In this document: positions 12,592-23,201 of the stretch, piece by piece
Layout of the letters: each line of letters opens with the position of its first letter
Numbering within the stretch: position 1 is the stretch's first letter
Assembly (NCBI RefSeq): GCF_003918875.1
Contig: NW_025765018.1
Location: 1 to 64,000 of the forward strand
Length of the DNA stretch: 64,000 nucleotides
Origin: Haliotis rubra
Taxonomy: Eukaryota
Direction: 5' to 3'
Position numbers and translations under genes: made by a program
The notes under the pieces: generated by a model
Told to the model about the DNA's origin: nothing
What the model saw: only the letters and a program-made list of their open reading frames with translations
The model's database searches: none

Positions 12592-13146
12592 CAATGTGTT
12601 GTGGCGTCACTCCTGATGATCTGGGCTGCTGCATAACTCTTTTCTTTTGGGGGATGATGCTGATGGAGTCACTCATGATGCGGGCTGCTTGATGAGTCAC
12701 GTCACTCCTGATGATGCGGGCTGCTGATGCGTCACTCCTGATGATGCGGGCTGCTGATGCGTCACTCCTGATGATGTGGGCTGCTGATGCGTCACTCCTG
12801 GTGACTCGGGCTGCTGATGCATCACTTCATTTGGTCCAAGCTGTTCCCCCATCATTTCAGATGGTACACTTTGATGTATCACTCCTGATGGCTGGACACG
12901 CCCATCTGTATGAATGACTGTGACGCCTAATGCACCAGAATCTATGACATTCAAACCATATTCTCCTATTTCAATAACTGGTGCGCCAGGTAGTGACAAC
13001 AGTGAAGACACATTTGTATCTGGTGTGTCCAGTGCTCTTCCATCTTGAGTTGATGTACATGGCTTCTTCACATCCACATCCTCATCCTCATCATCTGGGT
13101 CTTCGGTTGAGCCCACGCGGAATTTTCTTTTTTGTGCTTGAGACAT
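12592..13146 (-). CDS. First coding exon of copy 1: acidic/low-complexity N-terminus with HQQPASSGVT repeats (garbled at ~12640-12700)
   Basis: ATG at 13146 lies 9 nt after acceptor ttttttcAG (13156-13158). Candidate phase-1 donor ATTG|GTGATG at 12592/12591 is compatible with the micro-exon. A stop at 12697 falls in a corrupted repeat junction. Confidence 0.6.
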
Positions 13147-13435
13147 TTTCAGTACCTGAAAAAAGCATCACATGCGATGAAAATAGCTCAACACTAGTCT
13201 ACTTCATGTTTACTCCACGATATGATCTTGGTGTGTATGATCTTATGCTGGAATACATTAACTTGCTTCTGTGTCATCTGATGACCTGAGCGAACATCGT
13301 TTGTGGCTGAAACTTGTTTCCACGAAACTTATTTCACATGTGGTTTATTTCGTGTTTAGCAAGGTTTGTCTCCCGTTAGTCAGTCAGTTCGTTGACTGTG
13401 AGGTATTCGATGCATTAAGACCCACAGTTGGTGGG

Positions 13436-13680
13436 CGTGGTGGGCGAGCTGGCTTAGGCTGTGTAATGCGCCAGGCTAGTGATCCAGCGGGCATGAGGTG
13501 TCGGGATCGAACCCACCTGTGACTGGTTGTAAAAACCTTGGAGTCAGCCTTGTGTGCAGACTCGTTCAGTGTTGTCACAACCCTTAGTGTACAGTCCACA
13601 ACCCTGTGCATTTAAAAGAACCCACGAATCCGTTGGTATATGACCAGATGGTGGCCACATGAATACGTGCAAACACCTAC
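13436..13680 (+). mobile_element. 5' part of a long tRNA-derived SINE (family C); also at ~61198-61440
   Basis: Homologous to the 5' half of the full-length minus-strand copy at 44255-44777. Confidence 0.75.
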
Positions 13681-13689
13681 AGTAGTTGT

Positions 13690-16360
13690 TTTTGAGAGCC
13701 CGGGCCAAGCCGGACCGAACGCTTGTGATACTCTGTCTTTGTTGAGAATATGTAGAAAAGATAGCTTCACTTTCAGCAACGTGTTCGCTTCAAATACTAC
13801 GCTTTGAGACTCTGTGAAGTGACATTTAGGTAGATATAATACTAATCTATGGATTTAAACACGAATCAGGATAAATGTGTCAGGTTTAAGTTGTTTTTAA
13901 CAGCACGGGCCAAGCTTGGCTGAACAGAGTCTAAACACTTTTGACTGAGACAATATTGTGAATGGAGAGAGGAAAGGGCTTCACTTTAACGAACCAGTTA
14001 TCTTTACATGTGACATTTTGTAACTTCACACGGTGATATTTAGGTAGATATAATACTAATCTATGGAATTAAACACAAATCAGGACATATGTGTGGGGCT
14101 TAAGTTGTTTTTGAGAGCCCGGGCCAAGCCGGACCGAAAGCATAACGGTGATACTGTGTGGTTGTTGAGAATGTATAGAAAATAGGGCTTCACTTTAAGC
14201 AACGTGTTTGCTTCAAATACAACGCTTTGAGACTCTATAAAGACGTACTTTGTTAGATATAACTCTATTCTAGAGATATAGACAGAAATCAGATACATGT
14301 GTGAGGTTTAAGGTGTTTTTGACAGCACGGGCCATGTCTGGCTGAACGTTGGGCAGACAATAAGCTCACTGGGATAAAAAGCCCTCGGACAAAAAACCCC
14401 TAGGCTAAATGTCCCCAGGACAAAAAGCCCTTGCAAATTTCAACCCATAGGATAAAACACCCTCGGTGTATATTTTGAGTTGACAGGTGATAACATGATG
14501 TTTTCTAAGCAATTCCTCCCACTGCTGCCAGTTGTTTCAGGCTCCTCAGTGACGATGTTGTTATTTTAACAATGGAATGAAGTCTGCTAAATGTTGTTTC
14601 AGAGAACTAGCTTAAATTGGTCACTTCCTCTTATGTTTGATTTTGTTGGACAGGTACTCATTGTTGTATGTCAATGAACATGGTGTTTATTAAGATGGTC
14701 TATTAAGATGGTCAGCGCTATTATTATTTAAATAAATTGCTGATTTCCTGCTACCTTCTTTAAAGGTTGGAATCCAGAGGCCGGCTATTGGTGACGGTGT
14801 TCCCAGCATTCGCTTTTGACTGGTATAGGACACAATATTAGACTGGTATGAACTGTAGCACAAGTATCAACTGCACAACTGCATTATGTGCTTGGTGATT
14901 TACATTTGTGAGGTATGTGCTAAAAATTTACGACTATGAATATGATCGCTCATATTGCCAAGTCATATAAACATAATATAGTGTTAGACGACATACCTTT
15001 GTATCATTTAATGTCAATAATACACTTTTGTCATTCTGAAGTTCATTGTTGTCCATATCGGACGACAGGCAGCCATTGTGCACAACTTGGTGACGTCATA
15101 TGTTTACGTGGTATTTCCTTCAGATCAAATTACGGGCGCACAGCACATGTCACAATCTTACACATTGTCAACAGCCGAGCCGGGAGTGTCAATGTAGGTT
15201 TACAGTAATATCGAAGTTGTTAAATTGTATTACAGTAAACGATTTTGTAGAATTAACACAATAGTCACATTTCTTCAGCATTAATAGACTCAAAGTTGCA
15301 TTAGTTTTTAATAGTAGATGACTGTATGTACGCAAATTGATGAAAGTCTGAACATATTTTGCTCACAGCTATTGCCGATCAACTGATGAACGTAAACAAT
15401 CGATAGGTGGCGCGATTTGGCGTGTGGCTCGTGAGAAATTATGTCATTAGAAAATACCACGGAAACGTAGGTACCACGGAATCATATGATTACATGGTTA
15501 CATATGCTATTTAATGTTGAATGTTATATTATATTGTATTCATGTGGGAATGAAAAAAAAGATTTGTTGGTATTCTATTACATCTCTTCATTGAGGACCT
15601 TTTGTCCTACCCATTGAGGGCTTTTTGTCATGGGGGCATTTAGCCCAGGGGTGTTTTGTCTGAGGGTGTTATGTCATTGTGGGCCTATTGTCCTACCACC
15701 GGCCGAACAGAGACTAAACACTTTTGATTGAGTCTATATTGTGAACGGAGAGACAAAAGGGCTAACTTTAACGAACCAGTTATCTTTACATGTGGCATTT
15801 TGTAACATCACACATTGATATTTAGGTAGATATAATACTAATCTATGGATTTAAACGCAAATCAGGATAAATGTGTCAGGTTTAAGTTGTTTTTGACAGC
15901 ACGGGCCAAGCCGGGCCGAACAGCGACTAAACACTTTTGATTGAGGCTATGTTGTGAATGGAGAGAGAAAATGGCTTCACTGTAACGAAGCAGTTTTCTT
16001 TACATGTGGCATTTTGTACCATCACACGGTGATATTTAGGTAGATATAATGCTGATCTATGGAATTAAACACAAATCAGGACATATGTGTGGGGTTTAAG
16101 GTGCGCTTGAGAGCCCGGGCCAAGCCGGACCGAAAGCATGACTGTGATACTGTGTGGTTGTTGAGAATGTATAGAAAATAGGGCTTCACTTTAAGCAACG
16201 TGTTTGCTTCAAATACAACGCTTTGAGACTCTATAAAGACGTATTTAGGTAGATATAACTCTGTTCTAGAGATATAGACAGCAATCAGGATACATGTGTG
16301 AGGGTTTAAGGTGTTTTTGACAGCACGGGCCAAGTCGGGCTGAACAGAGACTAAACACTT
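13690..16360. repeat. Satellite with ~205-215 bp monomers (A/B dimer ~420 bp), interrupted by a MITE; also 61445-64000
   Basis: Anchor gggccaagccg(g)ccgaa recurs at ~13702, 13907, 14121, 14328, 15903, 16117 and 16326, with alternating monomer types. Confidence 0.9.
14348..15700. mobile_element. Non-autonomous TIR element (MULE-like), ~1.35 kb, with subrepeat-rich TIRs
   Basis: Ends g(g/t)tggg(t/c)agacaataagctcac ... gtgggcctattgtcctaccacc are imperfect inverted repeats built of ggacaaaaagccc-type subrepeats. 8-9 bp TSD ggctgaac/ggccgaac within the satellite. No transposase ORF. Confidence 0.8.
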
Positions 16361-16959
16361 TTGATTGCGGATTTTGTTTTCCGAGGACTTTATTTTCCTA
16401 AATCGTTGGGAATGGAGAGAGAATGGGGCTTCACTTTTACTTTACTTTATGAAGTGGTATTTAGGTAGATATAATACCATTTTGTATTTCATGTGTATTA
16501 GTAAATATAAGCATATGCATACGCGCTGGCTATTTGATTTGGGCTGGTATTATTTACAATGAAAACACATAAGAATTTTTGTGTTTGTGAATGCATACTT
16601 TGTTTGATCCTTTATAACATATTACAAAGTTTTCTGATTTCAAACATTTCTTTTAATATACATAATCATGTCGTGCCCATTGACACTCGCCGATATTCAC
16701 GTCTCTTTAACATAAGCATCCTGTGCTGATTCAGCCTGAGACAATTCTATTCTGATTCTACGGGAATCTCGGTATGTAGTTATTGTTGTTGTGTGGGTTT
16801 TTTCACCACTAACTATACATTTTCAATCAAACTATGTATTTGTGAAGGCAGGAAGTGTATCGACCCAAATGTGCAGGTTTCGTTTTAATATTCTGCAATC
16901 CATTTTAGTATTACCCGGTGGCCCGGCCCGGCCCGACTGGGGGATGGTATAAAACCATT

Positions 16960-17255
16960 TAGGGTCCATGCAGGAAGCAAATGGACTGTAAGTTCCCATG
17001 GTCACTAGTATGGTGATCTACCTTCAGTTGTTGGCGATCTATAGCCCGATGTTATATAGTGTTGTTTTGAAATGAGTTAATATTTTACACTGAACTGAAG
17101 CTAGTTTTAATCGAATTGTGCTATCTATTCGTTATACTGTCCTTCGCTGGCAGGTTTGTAAATAAGTATACATATGTTTATTCTTAGTACATAACTTTTT
17201 GTAGTCACAATATGGCTGAAATGTTGTCGATGTGACGTTAAATATTAACTCACTC
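16960..17255 (+). mobile_element. 3' end fragment of a retroelement; related inverted copy at ~39345-39780
   Basis: gggtccatgcaggaagcaaat...gatctaccttcagttgttggc matches the reverse complement of 39560-39645. Both end in the shared ...gctg(g)aaat(a/g)ttg...aactcactc tail. Confidence 0.6.
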
Positions 17256-18079
17256 CGTACTGTCTCTGGGCTTTGCATTTAGCCCAGCTTCAGCTTTAAT
17301 ACAGCCTTGGAGCAAGCCTAGCCAGGTCTGTGAGACCGTAGCGCTGTGTCGAGGGCCGCGTCCCTTTGTTATATGGTGTCTAATGTTACCAATTCTCACT
17401 GTCTACATGTGCTGTGACAACCCATTCCAATTCTTTGTCCGATTAAGACTATTTTTAAACAAGTGTCTGTCTGTCTAACGCACTCGGACTTAGTGCTAAA
17501 GTTTGTTCAACAGGTCGAATTCCTGCTACGGGACCATTTATAATTAATTAATGGCTAGGGGGTGGTGTGTGTATGCGTGCGTGCGTGCGTGAGTGCGTGC
17601 GTGTTTTGTTTTTGTTTTTTATTTTAATAGGTGGGGACATCCATTCTGTTCTGGGGAGGTGGGGGCCATCAATTTTGTACACATGCTTCTCCATAAAAAT
17701 CATCACCACCCCCATAAGCCATAAATCACGTACCGTCACTAATTATCCCTTTGTGGTAATCAAAGACATATACACAGTATTGTTCTCGCATCTGTGGTAA
17801 TTTGTCCAATCCAATTAAAATCGAATTACAAATCCAGGTTGCTGTTGTATTGCTGTTGTATTGCTGTTGTACACCTGTGTATTTGTACATGGAATAGTTG
17901 TAAGTTAAGTATGCCAACCTGTGACAATATCATGAAGTATTTACACAACGACACGGGGCATCTGGTGTGGATATATACCGATGAGAACAAATAAGAAAAC
18001 GCATAAAAGTATAGCTGATCCAATATTCATTTCCAGGTCTCTTTGCAAGCTTTGTATTGCAGTGTGGATGAAAATCGTG

Positions 18080-18325
18080 GAATTAATATAGAAAAGCGTC
18101 TACACGCGCAGCAGTGTGACTGAGCTTTCAAAGAACATTAATGTGTTAGACGCTGTACACTGGATCAACAAATCTTGGCAGAGTACTACAAGTTTGACAA
18201 TCATGAAGTGTTTTTTTAGTGCCTGCGGGTTGTCAACTCCATTAAAATCTGTGTACCTCGGACTGCTGTCTAATTCGGACTTTTTAGTCGGTCCCAAGCT
18301 GGTCTGAATTAGACAGAGTGCATTT
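18080..18325 (+). mobile_element. Tigger/pogo-type transposase C-terminal remnant plus terminal sequence
   Basis: INVLDAVHWINKSWQSTTSLTIMKCFFSACG matches the typical TIGD C-terminal helix motif. Followed by ctcggac..aattcggac..gtctgaattagacag end-like repeats. Confidence 0.7.
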
Positions 18326-18759
18326 GTTCCCTTATTTCTTTCCATCAGTATATTTCAGCAGCACATGCATGAGTTTTAACATTGGGTAAAATCTAAAACC
18401 ATTACTGTTCCAAACTAGACCTTACCTTGAGACTCAGCTCATCTGGAGATTGCGCAACAGGTTCAAAATGTCGCCAGGTCCCGTCTCTGTTCACGCAATA
18501 TAGATCAATCAACAATACTTGTGCCACGTGACACAATACCAACGTAACGTGAACTTTCATTGGTCCAAGCTGTCGATGGTTTCCTTGCTCTTGAACAATG
18601 TCAGTGTTGATTCGTTATTGAATCTGACTATAACAACGACTGCACTCCAAGCGACTTTTGTATTCAAGGGTGGTTAGGGCTGTACACAAACAATAACCGA
18701 CCAACACATTAATCCATTGCTGAGCAAACCACAGGGGCTTGTAACGCTAAAAACTGCCA

Positions 18760-19504
18760 GGCTAGAATGCACTTTACCTGGCGCAGCCCTCGCTGCTCCT
18801 TCTACGATCCTTAGGGTTAGGGTTTAGGGTTAGGCACCCTTTATTCTCCTTAGGGTTAAGCACCCTTTACTCTCCTTAGGGTTAGGGTTTAGGGTTAGGC
18901 ACCCTTTACGATCCTTAGGGTTAGGGTTTAGGGTTAGGCACCCTTTACTCTCCTTAGGGTTAGGCACCCTTTACTCTCCTTAGGGTTAGGGTTTAGGGTT
19001 AGGCACCCTTTACTATCCTTAGGGTTAGGCACCCTTTACGATCCTTAGGGTTAGGGGTTAGGGTTAGGCACCCTTTACTATCCTTAGGGTAAGGCACCCT
19101 TTACGATCCTTAGGGTTAGGCACCCTTTACGATCCTTAGGGTTAGGGGTTAGGGTTAGGCACCCTTTACGATCCTTAGGGTTAGGCACCCTTTACGATCC
19201 TTAGGGTTAGGCACCCTTTACTATCCTTAGGGTTAGGCACCCTTTACGATCCTTAGGGTTAGGGGTTAGGGTTAGGCACCCTTTACTATCCTTAGGGTTA
19301 GGCACCCTTTACGATCTTAGGGCTAGGGGTTAGGGTTAGGCACCCTTTACTATCCTTAGGGTTAGGGTTAGGGGTTAGGGTTAGGCACCCTTTACGATCC
19401 TTAGGGTTGGGAGTTAGGGTTAGGGTTAGGGTTAGGGGTTAGGGTTAGGGAAACCCAGCAGCGCTAATTAATCTGAAAAAGTGCGCCCGGTAAAGTGCAG
19501 TACT
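18760..19504. mobile_element. TIR-bounded element filled with a TTAGGG-derived higher-order array
   Basis: 17/18 inverted repeat tgcactttacc(t/g)ggcgca (18768-18785 / 19482-19499) and flanking direct repeat ctgcca (18754-18759, 19505-19510). Interior 18810-19450 consists of ttagggttaggcaccctttac(g/t)atcc units plus ttaggg(g/t) spacers. Confidence 0.75.
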
Positions 19505-19581
19505 CTGCCATCAAGGTATGTACTGTCACTGTCTGGGTCTATAGCGTTTCTAGCGCCTGTGGAGCAAACAGACATGTGAAG

Positions 19582-19690
19582 GCCCAGACCCCGTTACAGA
19601 AAGCTACCGTAGTGCTACGGCTGTCGTAAGTCTATGCTACAGATACGACAGTCGTAGCGCTACGAGAGCTTTGTGAAACGGGGTCCTGGG
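19582..19690. mobile_element. Small palindromic MITE (~110 bp); half copy at ~21405-21445
   Basis: cccagaccccgttacagaaagct ... agctttgtgaaacggggtcctggg forms an imperfect hairpin. Confidence 0.65.
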
Positions 19691-19877
19691 TTTGTATTCG
19701 TCTACGACAAATGAAATCGGGTCAGACAAATTTAACACGCCATATTATCCTACTTGCGTAGATCGATGCTCATGATGTTGATCACTGGATTGCATTGGCG
19801 GCTACGCAGGCTTGCTGACTTGGCTGACGTATCATCGTATCCAAGTGGCTGATTGATGTATGCTCATGAAGTCAATC

Positions 19878-20146
19878 ACTGGATTGTCTAGTCCAGACTC
19901 GATCATAATCATCGTCATATAACTGGATTGTCTAGTCCAGACTCGATCATGATCATCTTCATATAACTGGATTGTCTAGTCCAGACTCGATCATAATCAT
20001 CGTCATATAACTGGATTGTCTAGTCCAGACTCGATCATGATCATCGTCATACAACTGGATTCTCTAGTCCAGACTCGATCATGATCATCGTCATATAACT
20101 GGATTGTCTAGTCCAGACTCGATCGTGATCATCGTCATATAACTGG
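19878..20146 (+). repeat. 44-bp tandem repeat x6 derived from the body of retroposon family B
   Basis: actggattgtctagtccagactcgatcatgatcatcgtcatata at 19878, 19922, 19966, 20010, 20054 and 20098. Matches ctggattgtctggtccagactcgat of family B. Confidence 0.92.
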
Positions 20147-21177
20147 GAAATTTACAAAACTGAGAAATTATCACATCTGTACTATAATAGGATATTGACT
20201 AGGATGTTGGTGACATACGTTACGTGTAGGCAATATGTTAAGTAGTGAGTGAGTGAGTTGGGTTTTATGCCGCATTTAGCAATAATCCCGCAATGTCACT
20301 CAGTTTGTCTCAAATCTAAAATAGACAAAACTGTTAACACTGCAAGTAAAATTGCTGGAGTCAAATCTGAGTGTTCAAGCTGTCAGAATGATATCTTATC
20401 CAACCCTCAACTTACATTAGGAATACAACCTCCTCCCTTCAGCCCGCCGCTAAGTTCCAATTGTGAAAACTATGAGAGCCCGGACATATATTATTCCAAA
20501 TACCATATCTCTTTTAAACAAATGTGAAGATGCTTACTATCATGGCGGGGAAAAACAGACATGTTCTTCATACATTGCACCCATGTGGGGTATCGAACCC
20601 GGGACTTCAGCGTGACGATCGAACACTTCAACCGCTGGGCTACCCTATCGCGCCCTATATGCAAAGTATAATACTCCGCTAAACAATTTAAGTGTAGTTA
20701 CGTTCTGATAGCCACGAAAACGTTATGATGTTACTTTATTTATCTCTGATGTTTATGAAATCAGGGGTATTTAGGGTTGCAAGTAGTCTTAAGTAAGCTG
20801 TGTTGTTCGTAAGAGGCGACTTGTTTAGCCGAACTGGTTATATTAATCATAAGAACCCCGACAGTAACTTGCTCATAATATCAGTCACTGGTTTGTCAGA
20901 TGTAAACACTGTTGTATGAATGATGTGGATGATGAGTGTCGTTATATTTTTAAATATACACATATTACAAAAGAAAGATCAATGTATATACAAGCTTCCT
21001 TTATAAAAAGACCAATATGTTAAAATTTAAATCACTCTTTACATGTAAAAAGATATCTGTTATGAAAAAGCTCAGTTAATTCTGTTAATATATCATACAA
21101 ATTGTCAAATCTTCCGGCGAACTACTATGCCGCCATGATATTATCATATATTGTCATTTGCACCTCATATGCCGAGA

Positions 21178-21348
21178 GGGCGGCGGAGTAGCCTAATGGT
21201 TAAAGCGTTCGCTCGTCACGCCGGAGAACCAGGTTCGATTCCCCACATGGGTACAACGCGTGAAGCCCATTTCTGGTGTCCACCGCTGTGATATTGCTAG
21301 AATATTGCTAAAAGCGGCTTAAAACCATACTAACTCACTCAGTTACTC
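21178..21348 (+). mobile_element. tRNA-derived SINE (family A)
   Basis: A box tagcctaatgg, B box ggttcgattcc, (ctca)n tail, TSD atgccgag. Confidence 0.9.
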
Positions 21349-21499
21349 ATGCCGAGGATATCGGCCTGAGCGTAATAACGTTTGTTCTGTTCTGGACTTG
21401 TTTCCCGTTTCACAAAGCTATCGTAGCGTTGCGACAGTCGTACTTCTACTGTAATTCTATGCTGTACATTCTGAGAAACCTTAGATCGTTCAATGTTAG

Positions 21500-21735
21500 C
21501 ACATCCACGTTTGTTTTATTTTACAAAACGTTTATCCAAAGTGTTCTTTGTTTTTTTCATTGAAGTGTGGTCGGGGGCTCTCACAATAAAACAAAGAAAC
21601 AAATTTTCCAAAATAATAACTCAACCAGACAAAATTTCAAGAACATCCTTCGAGTACATCACATGTTTAGGCCAGCGGCAAGTCAGAAACCTAGCACATA
21701 AAATTTGTACAGATTCGAACCACTTTCTTCATCCA
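21500..21735 (+). mobile_element. Degraded Rex1/Babar-like LINE C-terminal fragment
   Basis: VWSGALTIKQRNKFSKII...VRNLAHKICTDSNHFLH resembles the post-RT region of Rex1-type LINEs. Recognised by eye only. Confidence 0.45.
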
Positions 21736-21779
21736 GCCCAGACAGCGAATGGGACTTCTCCCAGGGAACACTGCCTTTT

Positions 21780-22870
21780 CGAACCCACCAAGAACTTTTC
21801 GGAGAATATGAAGGCTCCCCAAACACTGCAGCCTTCTGCATTACCCAGAGTGTCAGAAGGGCTGTGCTCCCGGTGGAGAACCCGGGCACTCTCCTGATCT
21901 GCGCCAAGAGATCAGGAGGTACCAAACCAAGGGCACCGAGAACAATGGGGAATCTGACGACTGTGTACTTGGGATGCAAGCGGGACATTTCAAAGGCTTT
22001 TCCTGAATCTTGCCAATCAAATTGCTATCAAAAGGATAGAAAATTCATTGGCTTTATACAAATGGAAGGTACAGCGATGGGAGTAAACAAGACAAGATCA
22101 GGTTTGTTGGCAGGAATTCTTCTGAGGCTGTATATGGGCCTATTCCACAGAAATTTGAAAGCATCATTTTCCATGACGCCCTGGACATGTTCAGGGTCGT
22201 TCCATGGATGGACCTCGGAGTCAAAGCCACAGACATGGCGGAGACGGTAGTAAAAGCAACGAGCCATGTCATCATGTCGTTTAAGATATGCTGTTTGTGG
22301 CACAGAAGGGCGTCCATTGAAAGGTGTTGTACAGTCTCTGTAAATTCATTACATTGTCGACATTTCATATTGATATTTTCTTTAAGAATCACATATAGGC
22401 GATTGCGAGTGGGAAGTGACTAGTCGTGAGCAGCAAAAAGGAAGACCTCAGGTTCACATTTAAGACCAGCCGACTTCATCCAGGCGAAGGAGTCGGTGGG
22501 ATTGCTATTCTGTTCCACACCCTGCATGTACACACGATGCAATGGTTTCTCAGAAAGCTTCTCCACAAATGACCGACTCTGGGCAGACTTGGTGAAGGAC
22601 TTCACTTGGTTTACTCCCATCGCTGTACATTGCCATCAGCAAAATCAACCTCAAATTTCAGATTCTGTCCAACAACCTTGACACGCTTAAAATGACTGTG
22701 GAATTCCTTGCTTTCATCATGAGTCTTGACATGCATCACCAGAGGATCATCCGATAAATAAATATGTGCAAAAGTACACAATACAATTCTACCATGAAGA
22801 GCCTCCACATTAATCAAACCCCGACCTCCAGAATTGATGAGCATACAGTTACGACAGTTGGAGCGCTACG
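21780..22870 (-). mobile_element. 5'-truncated, frameshifted RLE-type (R4/Dong/NeSL-like) non-LTR retrotransposon
   Basis: Successive frames give GGRGLINVE, LHRVY..SFAW..GLKCEPE, CCHC finger CRQC..ETVQH, RHD, NKPDLV (PD-(D/E)xK), PIVLGALG and MQKAAVFG. A related 3' fragment lies near 34620-34800. Confidence 0.85.
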
Positions 22871-23048
22871 ATAGCCTTCTGAAATGGGGCCCAGAGTCGA
22901 TTATTTGCTCACAGCTGTCATGTAGTCCAGATCTGAATTGCATTGGAACGTTGGTAAATCTATTGCATATTCTTCTGTTTCAACTTAGGGATATGTTAAT
23001 GCAAGATCCATATAGTTGATATATACTGTGTACAATTTTCTCATGCAG

Positions 23049-23201
23049 ATTGTGGTGGTGGGGTAGCCTAGTGGTTAAAGCGTTGGCTCGTCACGCCGAA
23101 GACCCGGGAGATTGGTACAATGTGTGAAGCTCATTTCTGGTGTTCCCCGCCGTGATATAGCTGGAATATTGCTAAAGGCGGCGTAAAACCATACTCATTC
23201 A
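23049..23201 (+). mobile_element. tRNA-derived SINE (family A), internal deletion at the B box
   Basis: TSD ttctcatgcag (23038-23048, 23202-23212). Confidence 0.88.

Larger units (their letters stand above)
1..16241 (+). repeat. Segmental duplication, copy 1 (partner 47298-64000, direct orientation)
   Basis: Position 1 (attatctacttt..gatgaagga) aligns to 47298, and the window end 64000 (ctataaagacg) aligns to 16241. Order of minisatellite, 3' flank, STAND-ankyrin gene, SINE, satellite and MITE is identical in both copies. Confidence 0.97.

Noticed and set aside
14936-15208. 90-aa ORF conserved in both duplicates (62697-62969)
   Set aside because: Lies inside the MITE; conservation reflects recent duplication and there is no recognisable domain.
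18810-19450. True telomere or chromosome-fusion scar
   Set aside because: Single orientation, higher-order degenerate units, bounded by inverted repeats and internal to continuous sequence.
19878-20146. CRISPR-like regular repeats
   Set aside because: Head-to-tail repeats without unique spacers, in a eukaryotic context with no cas genes.
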